From a virus, in the IMG/VR virus record IMGVR_UViG_3300045125_000170, positions 2,464 to 66,463 of that record: a stretch of DNA of 64,000 nucleotides. One strand, written 5' to 3'. Positions 9,929-20,869 of the stretch are shown here, in pieces. Each line of letters begins with the position of its first letter. The first letter of the stretch is position 1. A program made the translations under genes and the position numbers. Under the pieces are notes generated by a model. It did not search any database and was not told the DNA's origin. It saw nothing but the letters and a program-made list of their open reading frames with translations.

Positions 9929-10033
9929 AATGTTGCCTCAATAAAATATCTTTATTATTGCATGTTTTGCGTTAATAGTTCCTGTAACTTTTTAATTTAT
10001 TCGTGTTAATTTAATAATAAATACTTTGATTGT

Positions 10034-10620
10034 ATGAGCAACATAACTATTTCAGTAATAGAGTATTGGAGTATTACTCGTCCTATCCCATACGATAAAA
10101 ATGCTAAGCTGCACCCAGAATCTCAAGTGCAACAAATAGCTGATAGTATTGTTGAATTTGACTTTTTGGATCCAATAGCTGTTGACGAAAAGGGCGTAAT
10201 CCTAGAAGGACATGGACGATTGTTAGCAGCTAAAAAGCTAAATATGAATACAGTTCCTGTCATTGTTATTTCTGGATTGTCTAAAGAGCAAAAAATAGCG
10301 TATAGGCTCGCACATAATAAGATCTCACATAATTCCGGATTTAACCCGGAATTAATTCAGCACAATTATCTTTCCTGGATGAAAATAGCTTTGATATCGA
10401 GTTAACTGGCTTCACTTTAGAAGATTTGCACTTTGGTGAAGCTTCACCAGATTGGGAGAAGCCTTTTTCTCCAGAGTTTACGGAATCAGACACAACAATA
10501 TTAAAGTTAAAGATTGCAACAGAGTATAAGCAGCGTTTACTAGATACGCTAGACATAACAAAGCCCAATCCCTCTGCTGAAGAATTGGGCGATGCTTTGA
10601 TTGATTACTTGCACTTGTGA
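10034..10620 (+). CDS. ParB/Srx N-terminal domain protein (frameshifted)
   Basis: PYDKNAKLH..QVQQIADSIVEFDFLDPIAVDE..ILEGHGRLLAAKKL..AYRLAHNK. Confidence 0.85.
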
Positions 10621-11153
10621 GTGAGTGAGAAAATTATTTAGATTCGGTGGTGTGTTCATTAGCAATAGTTGCTAACAAAGATTAAACCCCACTTTTGCTA
10701 TGCTTGCAACAAGATCTTCATCAAGATTGATTTTCAAGCGTATTCTAAGTGGAACTTAGGACTTCGCAAAAGCAGGGCTATCTATATTATAGCAGTAACA
10801 TTACCCAACTCTTCCAACAAAGAATTAGGTAATGTTTGATTTAAGCTGATTTCCACAATCTCCGGACATCTGCATCTGTCCATGTTCTATGCCCCACCGG
10901 AGCTGGCTTTAATTGATTAGCTTTTGTCCAGGAGGACTTGCTAGCTAAGAACTTTCATGGATGGATCTTCAATTGGATCTGCTTCCAATTGAAATGTGCC
11001 ATCTTTTAGCTAGAAAAACCAACAATCTTGTACACAGATTGTTTTTGAGTTTCTATTGTTATTGGATTGCTTGCTCAATCAAAGATTGTTGTTGCTTCTT
11101 TTTTCTCAGCTGCTTGTATGACAACGTATTCATACATTTTGGGAGAATACAAC

Positions 11154-11474
11154 TTAGGCATTTAATGCCTCCTTTTTAGAAGACAATATTTCAATTGACT
11201 CCACTAAGATTACTGGCTTTTCTCTTTTGTTGCCAGTTTTAACGTCATCCCAGCAGTCAATTTTAAGACTGCCTTTAACAGCAATTTTTGTTCCTTTTGG
11301 AACGTAATTGATTAGTATATCGCCTGTTTTTCCCCAGGCTTCAATATCAAACCAATCTGTCAACTCTTTTGTTCTGCGCACTGCTAGGGTTACCGTCACC
11401 TTGGATGCGCCTGACTCAAAATACTTAACTGTTGGCTCCTGTCCTGTGTTTCCTACCAAAATCACTGTGTTCAT
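11154..11474 (-). CDS. ssb: Single-stranded DNA-binding protein
   Basis: MNTVILVGNTGQEP..TDWFDIEAWGKT..KGTKIAVKGSLKIDCW. Confidence 0.9.
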   Translation of the reverse strand: MNTVILVGNTGQEPTVKYFESGASKVTVTLAVRRTKELTDWFDIEAWGKTGDILINYVPKGTKIAVKGSLKIDCWDDVKTGNKREKPVILVESIEILSSKKEALNA

Positions 11475-11510
11475 TTGTTCTACGGCGTATTTGTTATTTG
11501 TTTTATTGTA

Positions 11511-11939
11511 TCACGAATCCTCAAACAAAGCAAGATTACTTTGCTTATCAACGATAATGACTCTAATTAATGTTTTCTTAAACATTATTTGTCTTTGTGG
11601 ATTTAAATCCATAAATTTAAATCCATTCAAAGAAGACAATCGAGTCATTCCTATTAGACAAAATTTATTTTCAACGAAATTTATTAGAGTTTTAGCAAGT
11701 TGAATACTTGCATTTATCTCTAATATTTCGAGATTATCTAACACAAACAATGCTGAGAATGGAACTCCCAAGATAATATTTTCTATTACCTGTGATTGCT
11801 TGTTAATGTCCCAACACCATTCTCTTGGGACATTTATTTTACCCAAATTGATATCAACAATCAATTGCTCTATTGTCCAATTAGTTGTTTGATATTTAAT
11901 CTGTTTTTGTTTGCTCCTAATATCTTCCTCTGCTATCAT
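11511..11939 (-). CDS. Degenerate stand-alone DUF262 (GmrS-like) domain protein
   Basis: DIRSKQKQIKY..W..QSQVIENIILGVP..LSSLNGFKFMDL..RQIMFKKTLIRVI; YQR and DGxQR motifs altered. Confidence 0.65.
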   Translation of the reverse strand: MIAEEDIRSKQKQIKYQTTNWTIEQLIVDINLGKINVPREWCWDINKQSQVIENIILGVPFSALFVLDNLEILEINASIQLAKTLINFVENKFCLIGMTRLSSLNGFKFMDLNPQRQIMFKKTLIRVIIVDKQSNLALFEDS

Positions 11940-12084
11940 GTTTTTACTTTACTAAACTTTTATATATTATATCAATTATTTGTTTTAACGTCAACAGATA
12001 TCTACATTAAATTTTGCTTTACAATCTACCAATTTTATATCAAATAAGTTACAGTTTAAAAGTTATTTATTTACTATAAAAAAT

Positions 12085-15000
12085 ATGCTTGACTCAACAT
12101 CTACCGCTAATCCAGTGTTTTACAGAACTTACTCTCGTCGTACTGAGTTTGGACGCGAGTCTTGGGAGCAAGTGTGTGACAGAACATTAAAAGCATTGGA
12201 AAGATTGGGAAGATTAACGCTAGAAGAGATAGCGTTAATTACCAAGAATATGAAAAATATGAAATCATTGCCAAGCGGTAGATGGCTGTGGGTTGGCGGC
12301 ACAGAATGGTTGGAAAATCCATCTAATTTCTCCGGAGCATACAATTGCACTTCTACCAATTTGACTGGATGGAACTCATTGCTTTGATGATGGATTTGGC
12401 AATGATGGGTTGTGGCACAGGAGCAGTGATTGAGCCAAAATACTATCAGAAATTACCTAAAATTTTAAATAAGATAAATGTCAGCATTTTTGGTAAACCA
12501 GGAGAAGTAGATGCTGAAAACAGACAAGAGCATACTACCTGGATTAATGCTGGAAATGAGCAATTTATTATGTATGTTGGCGATAGCCGTAGTGCGTGGG
12601 TAGATGCTTATAAATTATTGCTAGAAGCATCATCAAATTCTCTTTATGGGGGCAAAATAAATTTAAGTGTGTGCTTGTCTCATGTCCGTCCTAATGGAAC
12701 ACCGCTCAAGTCTTTTGGAGGAGTTGCTAATCCTGTTAAATTACAAGACTTGTTTTTAAGATGCTCTGCAATATTAAATAAAGCAGTTGGAAGATATTTA
12801 ACATCAGTTGAATGCTGTTTATTAATAGACGAAGCTGCTAGCGTTGTTGTTGCTGGTAATATACGTCGCAGCGCTGGAATGCGTCAATTCAGTTCATATG
12901 ATAATGAAGCGGCATCTGCTAAAGCTAATTTATGGCAACAAACACCAGATGGGTGGAAAATGGATCCAGAGAAAGATGCTTTACGGATGGCAAATCATAC
13001 AAGAGTATTTCACCAAAAACCATCATTACAAGATTGCTTAGATTCAGTCTCTAGTCAATTTTGGAGTGGAGAAGGTGCAATACAATGGGCGGGAGAAGCT
13101 GTAGCCAGGGCAAATGCAGATGTTGTTACTCCAGAGAATAAGACAGAATTTTTACGTGCTTACGAAAGAAACACTGCTGCAAAATGGTTTGGTAAATATG
13201 GAATTAATGAAATTGATGCTAAAGAGCGATTACAACGATATGGTTTGAATCCATGTGTTACTGCTGATACTTGGATTCACACAGAGAAAGGAGCAAGACA
13301 AGTTAAAGACTTAGTAGGTAAGCAAACAAGTGTTTACATTAATGGAGAATTATTTAGCACTACACGTGAAGGTTTTTGGCTAACAGGAGTCAAATCAGTG
13401 CTAAAAGTAATCACTCAAGAAGGATATGAATTGCGATTAACTGGCAATCACCAACTACTCAAAGTTACTGCTCAGACTCAGAAAAAGCAATACTCTTGAA
13501 TGGACTGAAGCTAAAAATTTAAATCCAGGAGATTATATTTCAGCTTCACAATCATCGTGAAGCACAGCATTGGGATAGTTTCTGGAACCTTTGACGAAGG
13601 CTGGTTAATTGGCAATTTAATTGGTAATGGCAGCATTTCATCAACACAATGGGGCAAAACAGCACTTTTACGATATTGGAAACTGACTCTCAAAGGAAAT
13701 GGGAAAACATGCTGTTGCTTTTACTTAAAAACTGTTGATTATGCTGGAACTACAGAATCTGGACATTACTATAAACAGCAGAATTATCGAGTAATTCAAT
13801 CAACAGAATTAGCTAAATTAGCTGCTAGCTATGACGTTACTTTAGACAACAAAATGCCAACACGTAAAATTGAAGAAGCAAGTTATGCATTTTACTGTGG
13901 TTTTTACGTGGTTTATTTGATGCTGATGGCAGCGTACAAGGAAGTCAACAAAAAGGAATTAGTATTAGATTGTCACAAAGTAATCTAGAAACTTTAAAAA
14001 TAGTTCAAAGGATGCTGGCGAGATTAGGTATTATCTCAACAATTTATCAAGAGCGTCCTAATGAACTTTGTTATCAGCAATGACAACATTTACGTGTTCC
14101 AGGATATTGTTGATTCCAAAAACCTGACAAAGCAAGTCGTTTAAATAAATTAATTAGTGGATACAAACGAAAATTAAATCGTGAGCGATTTGTAGTTAAA
14201 ATCAAAGAAATTATACCTGATGGAGTAGAAGCAGTTTTGACTGCACTGTTCCAGGAGTTTCTCGATTTGATGCTAATGGAATTGTGGCTCATAATTGTGG
14301 TGAGATAATTGGCAACAATTTCCACTGCGTTAGTGGTGACACACTGCTAATCACAAAAGATGGATTGCACGCAATTAAAGATGTTGTAGGATGCGATGTT
14401 GAGATTTGGAATGGCGAAAATTGGAGTCAAGTACAGCCATTTAAAACTGGTAGTTCTCGTGTTCTTTACCGCGTGCGTTTTAGCAGATGGCACCTATTTA
14501 GATGCTACCGAATATCATCGTTTTTTTGTTAAAGACAGATTTGGGAAAGAGTACAAAGAAGTACAGACAAAAGACTTAATGAATGCGAGTAAGTATTGTA
14601 TTCACACCAAGCCATTTACTATTCAGTATGATGATGGATTGGATATTGATACTAATTATGCTTACAGTTTGAGAGTAGCTGTGGGAGATGGCACCACAGA
14701 CAAAAATAACAATGCCAAAATAAGACTGTATGGGGAAAAAATTGCTTTATCCGTAGCAGGTAATAAATCTCCTATTAGAGAATACGAATACGTTACAAGC
14801 TTTACTGATGTTACAAATTTAAGTTTTTTCTGGGGAATTTCTAAAAAGTCTCAAAACCAAATCAGAAGCATTAAACATCATAGCAAGTTGGAATCGTGAA
14901 GCAATTTTGCACTTTATTGCTGGCTTAGCAGATACAGATGGATCAGAGACTGATGGCAATGGTATTAGAATTTATATCTCTGATTATCAAAGAGCGCATA

Positions 15001-17471
15001 GAATACAATTGCTGCTAATTAAATGTGGCATCCGTTCTTCCGTCAATCTTTGTGCTTATAAAGGAGCAGTTACGAAGTTAGAAGCAAGGATTTGTATTGT
15101 GTACAAGTAACTGATTGTAGTAAAATTCCTTGTCAGCGATTAGATGTAAGTCAGGTAGAGTACCTAAATGTAAAGGCAAATGGCAAGTTATTAGAAGTGT
15201 GGAACAATTGCCAGGATTGCATGATGACTTACTGTTTCAATGAGCCGCAATATCATCAAAAGGTGTATTCGGAAGCACTTTTGACTGGGAATTGCAATCT
15301 TTCTGAGGTGCATTTAAACAAAATCAATCCAGATGATTACAAAGAACAAGATGATGCTTTTAAATCGGCGGCATTATCTGTAGCTGCTTTGTTGCATCAT
15401 AAATTTGCAGAACCAATCTACCAAGAAAGCGAGAGTGGATCCGATTGTTGGTGTTTCCTTTACAGGATTATTTGACTTTTTGTTCATGCTTTTGGAGTTA
15501 AATGGCTTGAATGGTGGCAAAACGGAAGACAAGACACAGAGGAGGGCAAAGTTATTCAAAAGCAAAGAGCAGAAATACTTAACTAGATGGAAGAACGTAG
15601 TTAACAATACTGTACAGAATTATTGTACAAGACATAAATTAAAGACCTCTAATCGTGCTACCACAGTTCAGCCAAGTGGTTGCCTGGATCGGACTGCACT
15701 TCGTATTTTTGATCAAGGTTTGATTTATGCTGATGAGGTATTGACTCCTGGCGACTGGCGAAGTTACAGGATTAAATTTAACTGTCCGTAATGGAATTGC
15801 AGCATCCACAGGCATTGCAAATGAACCATTGCAATTAATCAAAGTTACTTTGAATAATGGGCGTATATTGCGCATGACTCCAAACCATCGTCTTTCTATT
15901 GATGGAAACTGGGTATATGCATCTGACATGACTGTTGGAATGAAAGTTGATTTTAGTATTGGAGAATATAACAATCATCAAGAAACTTCTTTACTTGACA
16001 TTAATCAACTTGAATACACAAGAGAGGCGAGAAGACTAGAGATTGGGCATAATCGTGGGATTACATCAACTATGATTAAAATGCCTAAAACAATGTCTCC
16101 GGATTTAGCTTATTTCATTGGAGCATTATTTGGGAATGGTTGTTTAAGTTCTGGCAATCGTATTCGTATTTCCAGTAGCAGCCATAAATTGCTAAAAAGA
16201 TTACAAAAAATAGGAAAAGAACTTTTCCAAGCAGAAGGAAGGATTCGCGAATATTGTGATAGAGATGCTTATGAATTATGTTTTTCTAGTGTTCAATTAT
16301 TTGATTGGTTGCAATTAAATAACATAGCAAAAATAGAGAAAAGCAAAAATCTTGATAGGATACCACTAGCAATTCGTTGTTCTTCTAAAGAAAGCATATT
16401 ATCTTTCTTTAGTGGTTTAATTGATACTGATGGATGCATTCGCTCAACAGGGACATTATCTATTGACAGTGCTAGTGAACCTTTCATAAGAAATCTTCAA
16501 CAAATTGGAGAAGCAGTTGGCTTATGTTTTTCAATTTTTCACAACACCGAAGGACAAAACAAGCAATCTCAAAAGAGCATGTGGGGATTATCTTTAAGTA
16601 GAACATTGAGCAAATTAGATGCTTTAAATTACTTAAATAACAATAGTCAAAAAGCTCAATATCACTCTATTCCAATTCCTCAAAGAAGTTTTAATTTTAA
16701 CCCATTTGCAATTAAATCTGTAGAGTGGGAAACAAGTTGTGATTACAGCTATGATTTTGCAATAGAAGGAGTAGACGATAATGATTCATGGTATTGGCAG
16801 GAGCTATTAAATCACATAACACAAAATCTTTATTAACAGGCGCTTCCCCTGGTTGGCATCCTCCTAAAGCACAACGTTTTATTCGTCGGATTACTTTCCG
16901 TAAAAATGATCCAGTGGCAATGGCTTGTATTGATTATGGGTACAATGTTGTGCCATCTCAAACTGACAAAGATGAACATGGCAATTTGCTCAATAATCCA
17001 TTTGACGAGCGTTGCACTGAATGGTTGGTGGAAATTCCTGTAGCAGTTTCTTGGGCTGATATACCAGGAGTTGAAAATATAGATGTTTCCAAATTCTCTG
17101 TGTTAGCACAATTTGATTTTTACATGCAAGTGCAAAAATATTACACAACACATAATACCTCTGCTACTTTAGAATTGAGAGAAACTGAAATACAGGAATT
17201 AGGGAAAGCTATTTATGACGCAATCCAAAACGACAATGGCTACATTTCTGCTGCTATTCTTAGTAGGTTTGATGATCATCAGTCCTATCCTAGATTACCT
17301 TTTGAGCCTATCGATAAAGATACTTATTTACAGCTAGTGAAAGATGTTTCCAATAGAAAGGTAAATGATTCATTTTTAGATGCTTTGTACCGCTATGATT
17401 TTGGGGAAATGGTTGATGCTGGCCCATCTCCCTGCGATTCTGACAAGTGCCTTTTGCCAGAAGTAAAATAA
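12085..17471 (+). CDS. nrdJ: Adenosylcobalamin-dependent (class II) ribonucleotide reductase with three inteins; several indels
   Basis: ANPVFYRTYSR, PSGRWLWVGG, GAYNC, RRSAGMRQF, GLNP|CGE, CNLSEVHL, TTVQPSG|TKS, C-terminal CDSDKC. Confidence 0.95.
13254..14295 (+). mobile_element. Intein 1 with LAGLIDADG endonuclease, inserted before the Cys of NPCGE
   Basis: Begins CVTADTWIHT after GLNP; ends IVAHN|C; endonuclease-like blocks between. Confidence 0.9.
14326..15292 (+). mobile_element. Intein 2 with LAGLIDADG endonuclease, inserted before the Cys of CNL
   Basis: Begins CVSGDTLLIT; FIAGLADTDGS; ends LLTGN|CNLSE. Confidence 0.85.
15681..16820 (+). mobile_element. Intein 3 with LAGLIDADG endonuclease, in the QPSG|T motif
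   Basis: Begins CLDRTALRI; TPNHR; AYFIGALFGNG; FFSGLIDTDG; ends KSHN|TKSLL. Confidence 0.9.
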
Positions 17472-17477
17472 ATTAAT

Positions 17478-17515
17478 GGATTATTTTAGTATTTCATTAA
17501 TTACTAAAATAATCC
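17478..17515. terminator. 14-bp perfect inverted repeat after nrdJ
   Basis: GGATTATTTTAGTA ... TACTAAAATAATCC. Confidence 0.55.
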
Positions 17516-17549
17516 AAATAAATTAACAACAAACAATAGGAATAAAGTG

Positions 17550-18085
17550 ATGGAATTACGATTAGCTTTCTTATCGGCTCATGATGGAGATTACAAAACT
17601 GCTATCAAATATTACTCTAAAATACTTAATGCAGAAAAAGTTCTAAAATATTCCGTGAAAGAGCAGATTGTTATGCTGCTTTGAATAAGATAGATAATGC
17701 AATTAATGATTATACTTCAGCTATTAGCATTGAATTAGATAATCCAGTGTATTACTGTGAGAGAGCTGAACTATATATTAAAAAATCTAATTACAAAGCT
17801 GCATTAGAAGACTGTAATGATGCTTTAGAAATTAATCCAAACTGTTCAATTGCTTTTCTTATAAAAGGAATAGCGTTAGGTGAATTAGGTGATATTTATT
17901 CCGGTATAAACAATATTAGTAGTTGTATTAATATTAATAAATGGTGCGCTAGGGCATATTACCACAGAGCAATATTAAAAGAACAGATAAGTAAAAAAGA
18001 TGCTAAACTTGACTACTGGCAAGCAGCACATATTGGCTATTCAGACGCTCTTCAAAGATACAGGAAGCTAGAAAATATTAAGTAA
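17550..18085 (+). CDS. TPR repeat protein (frameshifted)
   Basis: AINDYTSAISIELDNPVYYCERA; AALEDCNDALEINP. Confidence 0.85.
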
Positions 18086-18177
18086 TCTATTGACAAATTA
18101 TTAAATATTAGCTATGCTAGACAAAGTTAGAACACCATAGAATCTAATGATTTTCTCACGACAAAAAGAGGTTTACC

Positions 18178-18691
18178 ATGATGACATTTGATGATTTTGT
18201 TTCTTATCTCAAGAAGAATTCAGACAGATGCAGTTGTTTGGACAAATTTTGGAATATACTGCAAGCAAATTGGGCAGTACGACAAAGCAATCTATTGCCA
18301 CACAAGGGCGATAGAAATCAATCCTAATTTTGCAGAAGCGTATAATAATAGGGCTTGTGCAAAGAAAGCTATAAACGACAACACATGCTTGGAAGATGCA
18401 TGTGCTGCTATCAGAATTAATCCTGATTTTGCGGAAGCATACAACAATTTAGCTAATATAGAATACCAGCTAGGGATGCCTCAACAGGCAATTCAACACT
18501 ACAAGAAAGCCTTGTCATTGGGGCAGCGAGTTGATTTTTATATGAACTTAGCAATTGTCCAGGCAAGCACTGGGGACAAGCTAGATGCAATCGTAAATCT
18601 CTGTAATGCTTTGCGTATTACAGAAGATGAGGAGTTAAAAGCTAGGCTAAGAATTAGCTTAAAAGAACTTGAGGCTGCTGTTAATCTGTAA
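18178..18691 (+). CDS. TPR repeat protein
   Basis: AIEINPNFAEAYNNRA; AIRINPDFAEAYNNLA. Confidence 0.9.
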
Positions 18692-18722
18692 AATAACTCA
18701 ACATTATAAATAGGATAAGATT

Positions 18723-19419
18723 ATGATGTTGAGTCAACAATATAGTATGAACATCATAATCTTAGACACAGAAACAACTGGATTAGAAGAATCTAGTTCA
18801 GTTATAGAAGTAGGAGCTATCTTGTACAGTACAACTACTAAAGCTGTATTAAGTCAAGTTAGCTCTTTAATTAATTGGGAGAATATGAGCAATCCAGCTC
18901 AACCAATCAATAAAATTAGTGTTGAAATGCTCAAAGAAGGAGCAGCACAAGAATCAGCATTGGACATGATTTATAGCATGTCAGTAAATGTGAAATATTT
19001 GTTAGCTCATAATACTGAATTTGATAAAAACAACTTCAACAGTTATTGGAGCTGGTTTTGGAGTAAATAATGTTTGGGTTGACACTCAAGATTTTACTTA
19101 TCCAAATTCTGAGTACTGTAAAAGCACTGGATTAATCAATTTAGCCTGCGCGCACAGTATTCCAATTATTGATTGCCACAGAGCATTGGATGATTGCAAA
19201 ACAATAGCTAAGCTGTTATCAACAATTCCAGACTTAGACAGTGAAATCATTAAAGCTGCACGTCCTAAGTTTTTGTATCGCAGCTTAGAGGAAAAACCAG
19301 GGACATTAAGCAAACAAGCTGGATTTAAGTGGCACAACTTAATTCCACAAGCTTGGGCTAAGAAAATGCCAGCTGAGGATGCTGCTAACTTGCCATTTGA
19401 AACAGTTTTGATAGAATAA
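18723..19419 (+). CDS. DEDDh 3'-5' exonuclease (DnaQ-like), frameshifted
   Basis: ILDTETTGL..IEVGA; LAHNTEFD; HRALDDC. Confidence 0.9.
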
Positions 19420-19424
19420 ATCCA

Positions 19425-19453
19425 TTGACATTAATTGCCAGAATTGTTAAAAT
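19425..19453 (+). promoter_or_regulatory. Sigma70-type promoter
   Basis: TTGACA-17-TAAAAT. Confidence 0.7.
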
Positions 19454-19480
19454 AATCCAAACAAATTCGTTGGCAGCAAT

Positions 19481-20074
19481 ATGGATTTTACAAAACTAGA
19501 ACATGCACTACCAAACGTGGTGTGCATTACTGATAATGCTAAACAGCATTACATTGAATTGTGTGAATATAAAATGTGGGAAAATTACATAGGAGCAGCT
19601 AATTATAAACGAAAAGATTTAGCTGTTGTAATCCCTATGCTTGGTGAATATGAGCATCCATGGATTAATAAATGCAAGCACAAGAGATTTGACTATATTC
19701 AATTTAACAAAGATATAGCAGAAGCTAATTATGTTTGTTATTTAGATTGGTTAAAATTTTGGTGTTCCAGCATAAGTAAGCTAGTTCGCTCTGATGCAAA
19801 TGAAGTTAGGGAAGTTAACAAAGCCATATCCAAGACAGGAGTATCTGTGGTTTTACTCTTTGCTGGGCTGGAAGACATATTTCCTGATGTCGAGACTAAT
19901 GTTGTACACAAAGAAGCTGTACGAGCGCTAGTTTGCACACTTCCGGAAAAGTTAAGGGAGTTACACAATCCCAGTATAGGCATAATTACTTTTGCTAAAA
20001 GAGATTTCCTCAAAAAAGTAATTACTCAAAACTTTGCACAGTTTGAGTCGATGTACAAGAATTACGTTTGTTAA
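19481..20074 (+). CDS. Hypothetical protein resembling a truncated P-loop NTPase C-terminal half
   Basis: VVLLFAGLEDIF (Walker-B-like) and IGIITFAKRDFL..QNFAQF; no Walker A. Confidence 0.5.
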   Translation: MDFTKLEHALPNVVCITDNAKQHYIELCEYKMWENYIGAANYKRKDLAVVIPMLGEYEHPWINKCKHKRFDYIQFNKDIAEANYVCYLDWLKFWCSSISKLVRSDANEVREVNKAISKTGVSVVLLFAGLEDIFPDVETNVVHKEAVRALVCTLPEKLRELHNPSIGIITFAKRDFLKKVITQNFAQFESMYKNYVC

Positions 20075-20090
20075 TACATACAAAAAAGCG

Positions 20091-20728
20091 CTATATGATT
20101 AACATGTAGCGCTTTTCATTAGCTCTAGTCTCTGAGAGTGCGGGAGATTTTTGTAATCCGTAATACTTTACAAAAATCTCAATAGTCTTCCTCACTTTTT
20201 CCTTTGCTTTATCCTCCAGTTCTTTAATCTCTTCAATTTGTAAAAGAGATTGAGTTAACTCTTCAATTAAATCGTCCATAATTACTCTCCAAAATAATAA
20301 TTAAGGACGTTCCTTGCTACCTGTTGTAACTTGTCTTCCAAAATCACTCGAGCCTTTTCCCCATGACTGTGTTCATATTTAAGCATGAACTCGTCAAATT
20401 CCTGGTTAGGAATATGTTGATACAATATGGCATTAATTGCTTTTTCTCGAGAATTAAAATTCTCGTTTTCTTGTCTTTTATACATTCTTCCAACTCCTTA
20501 ATTTGGAGAGCTGAAAAAATGTATAAATGTATTGGAACTTCCATAATTACTCTCCAAAATAATAAGCAAGGACACTTTTCGCTACTTCTTGTAGCTTATC
20601 CTCCAAGATGCACTCGAGCCTCTTTGCCATGCTTTGTTTCAAAGTCTTCTATCAGCTCTTCAAACTCCTCAATTTGAAGAGCTGAGAACATATAAAGTAT
20701 TTATCACTTGATCGTAATCAATCATTAT
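20091..20728 (-). CDS. Three tandem small paralogous genes (about 20547-20728, 20282-20544, 20091-20279)
   Basis: Shared LQI.E.EE and ARV.LEDKLQ.VA..VL.YYFGE; identical junction CCATAATTACTCTCCAAAATAATA occurs twice. Confidence 0.65.
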
Positions 20729-20869
20729 TGTTATCTCCTAATCAATCAGTAAATTAATAGTAACTTATTATTTCTAATCTGTCAAGCAATTTCTTAAATA
20801 AAGTTTTATAACTTATGTCGCATATCTATTGACTTATGTTACAATGATAAAAAGTCTAAAGGAGACACA

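Noticed and set aside
9157-9930. HigB toxin upstream of higA
   Set aside because: No RelE/HigB-like motif recognisable in any frame, though frameshifts limit certainty
12085-17471. Group I/II introns or a split nrdJ
   Set aside because: All insertions have intein termini, and the breaks are single-base frameshifts
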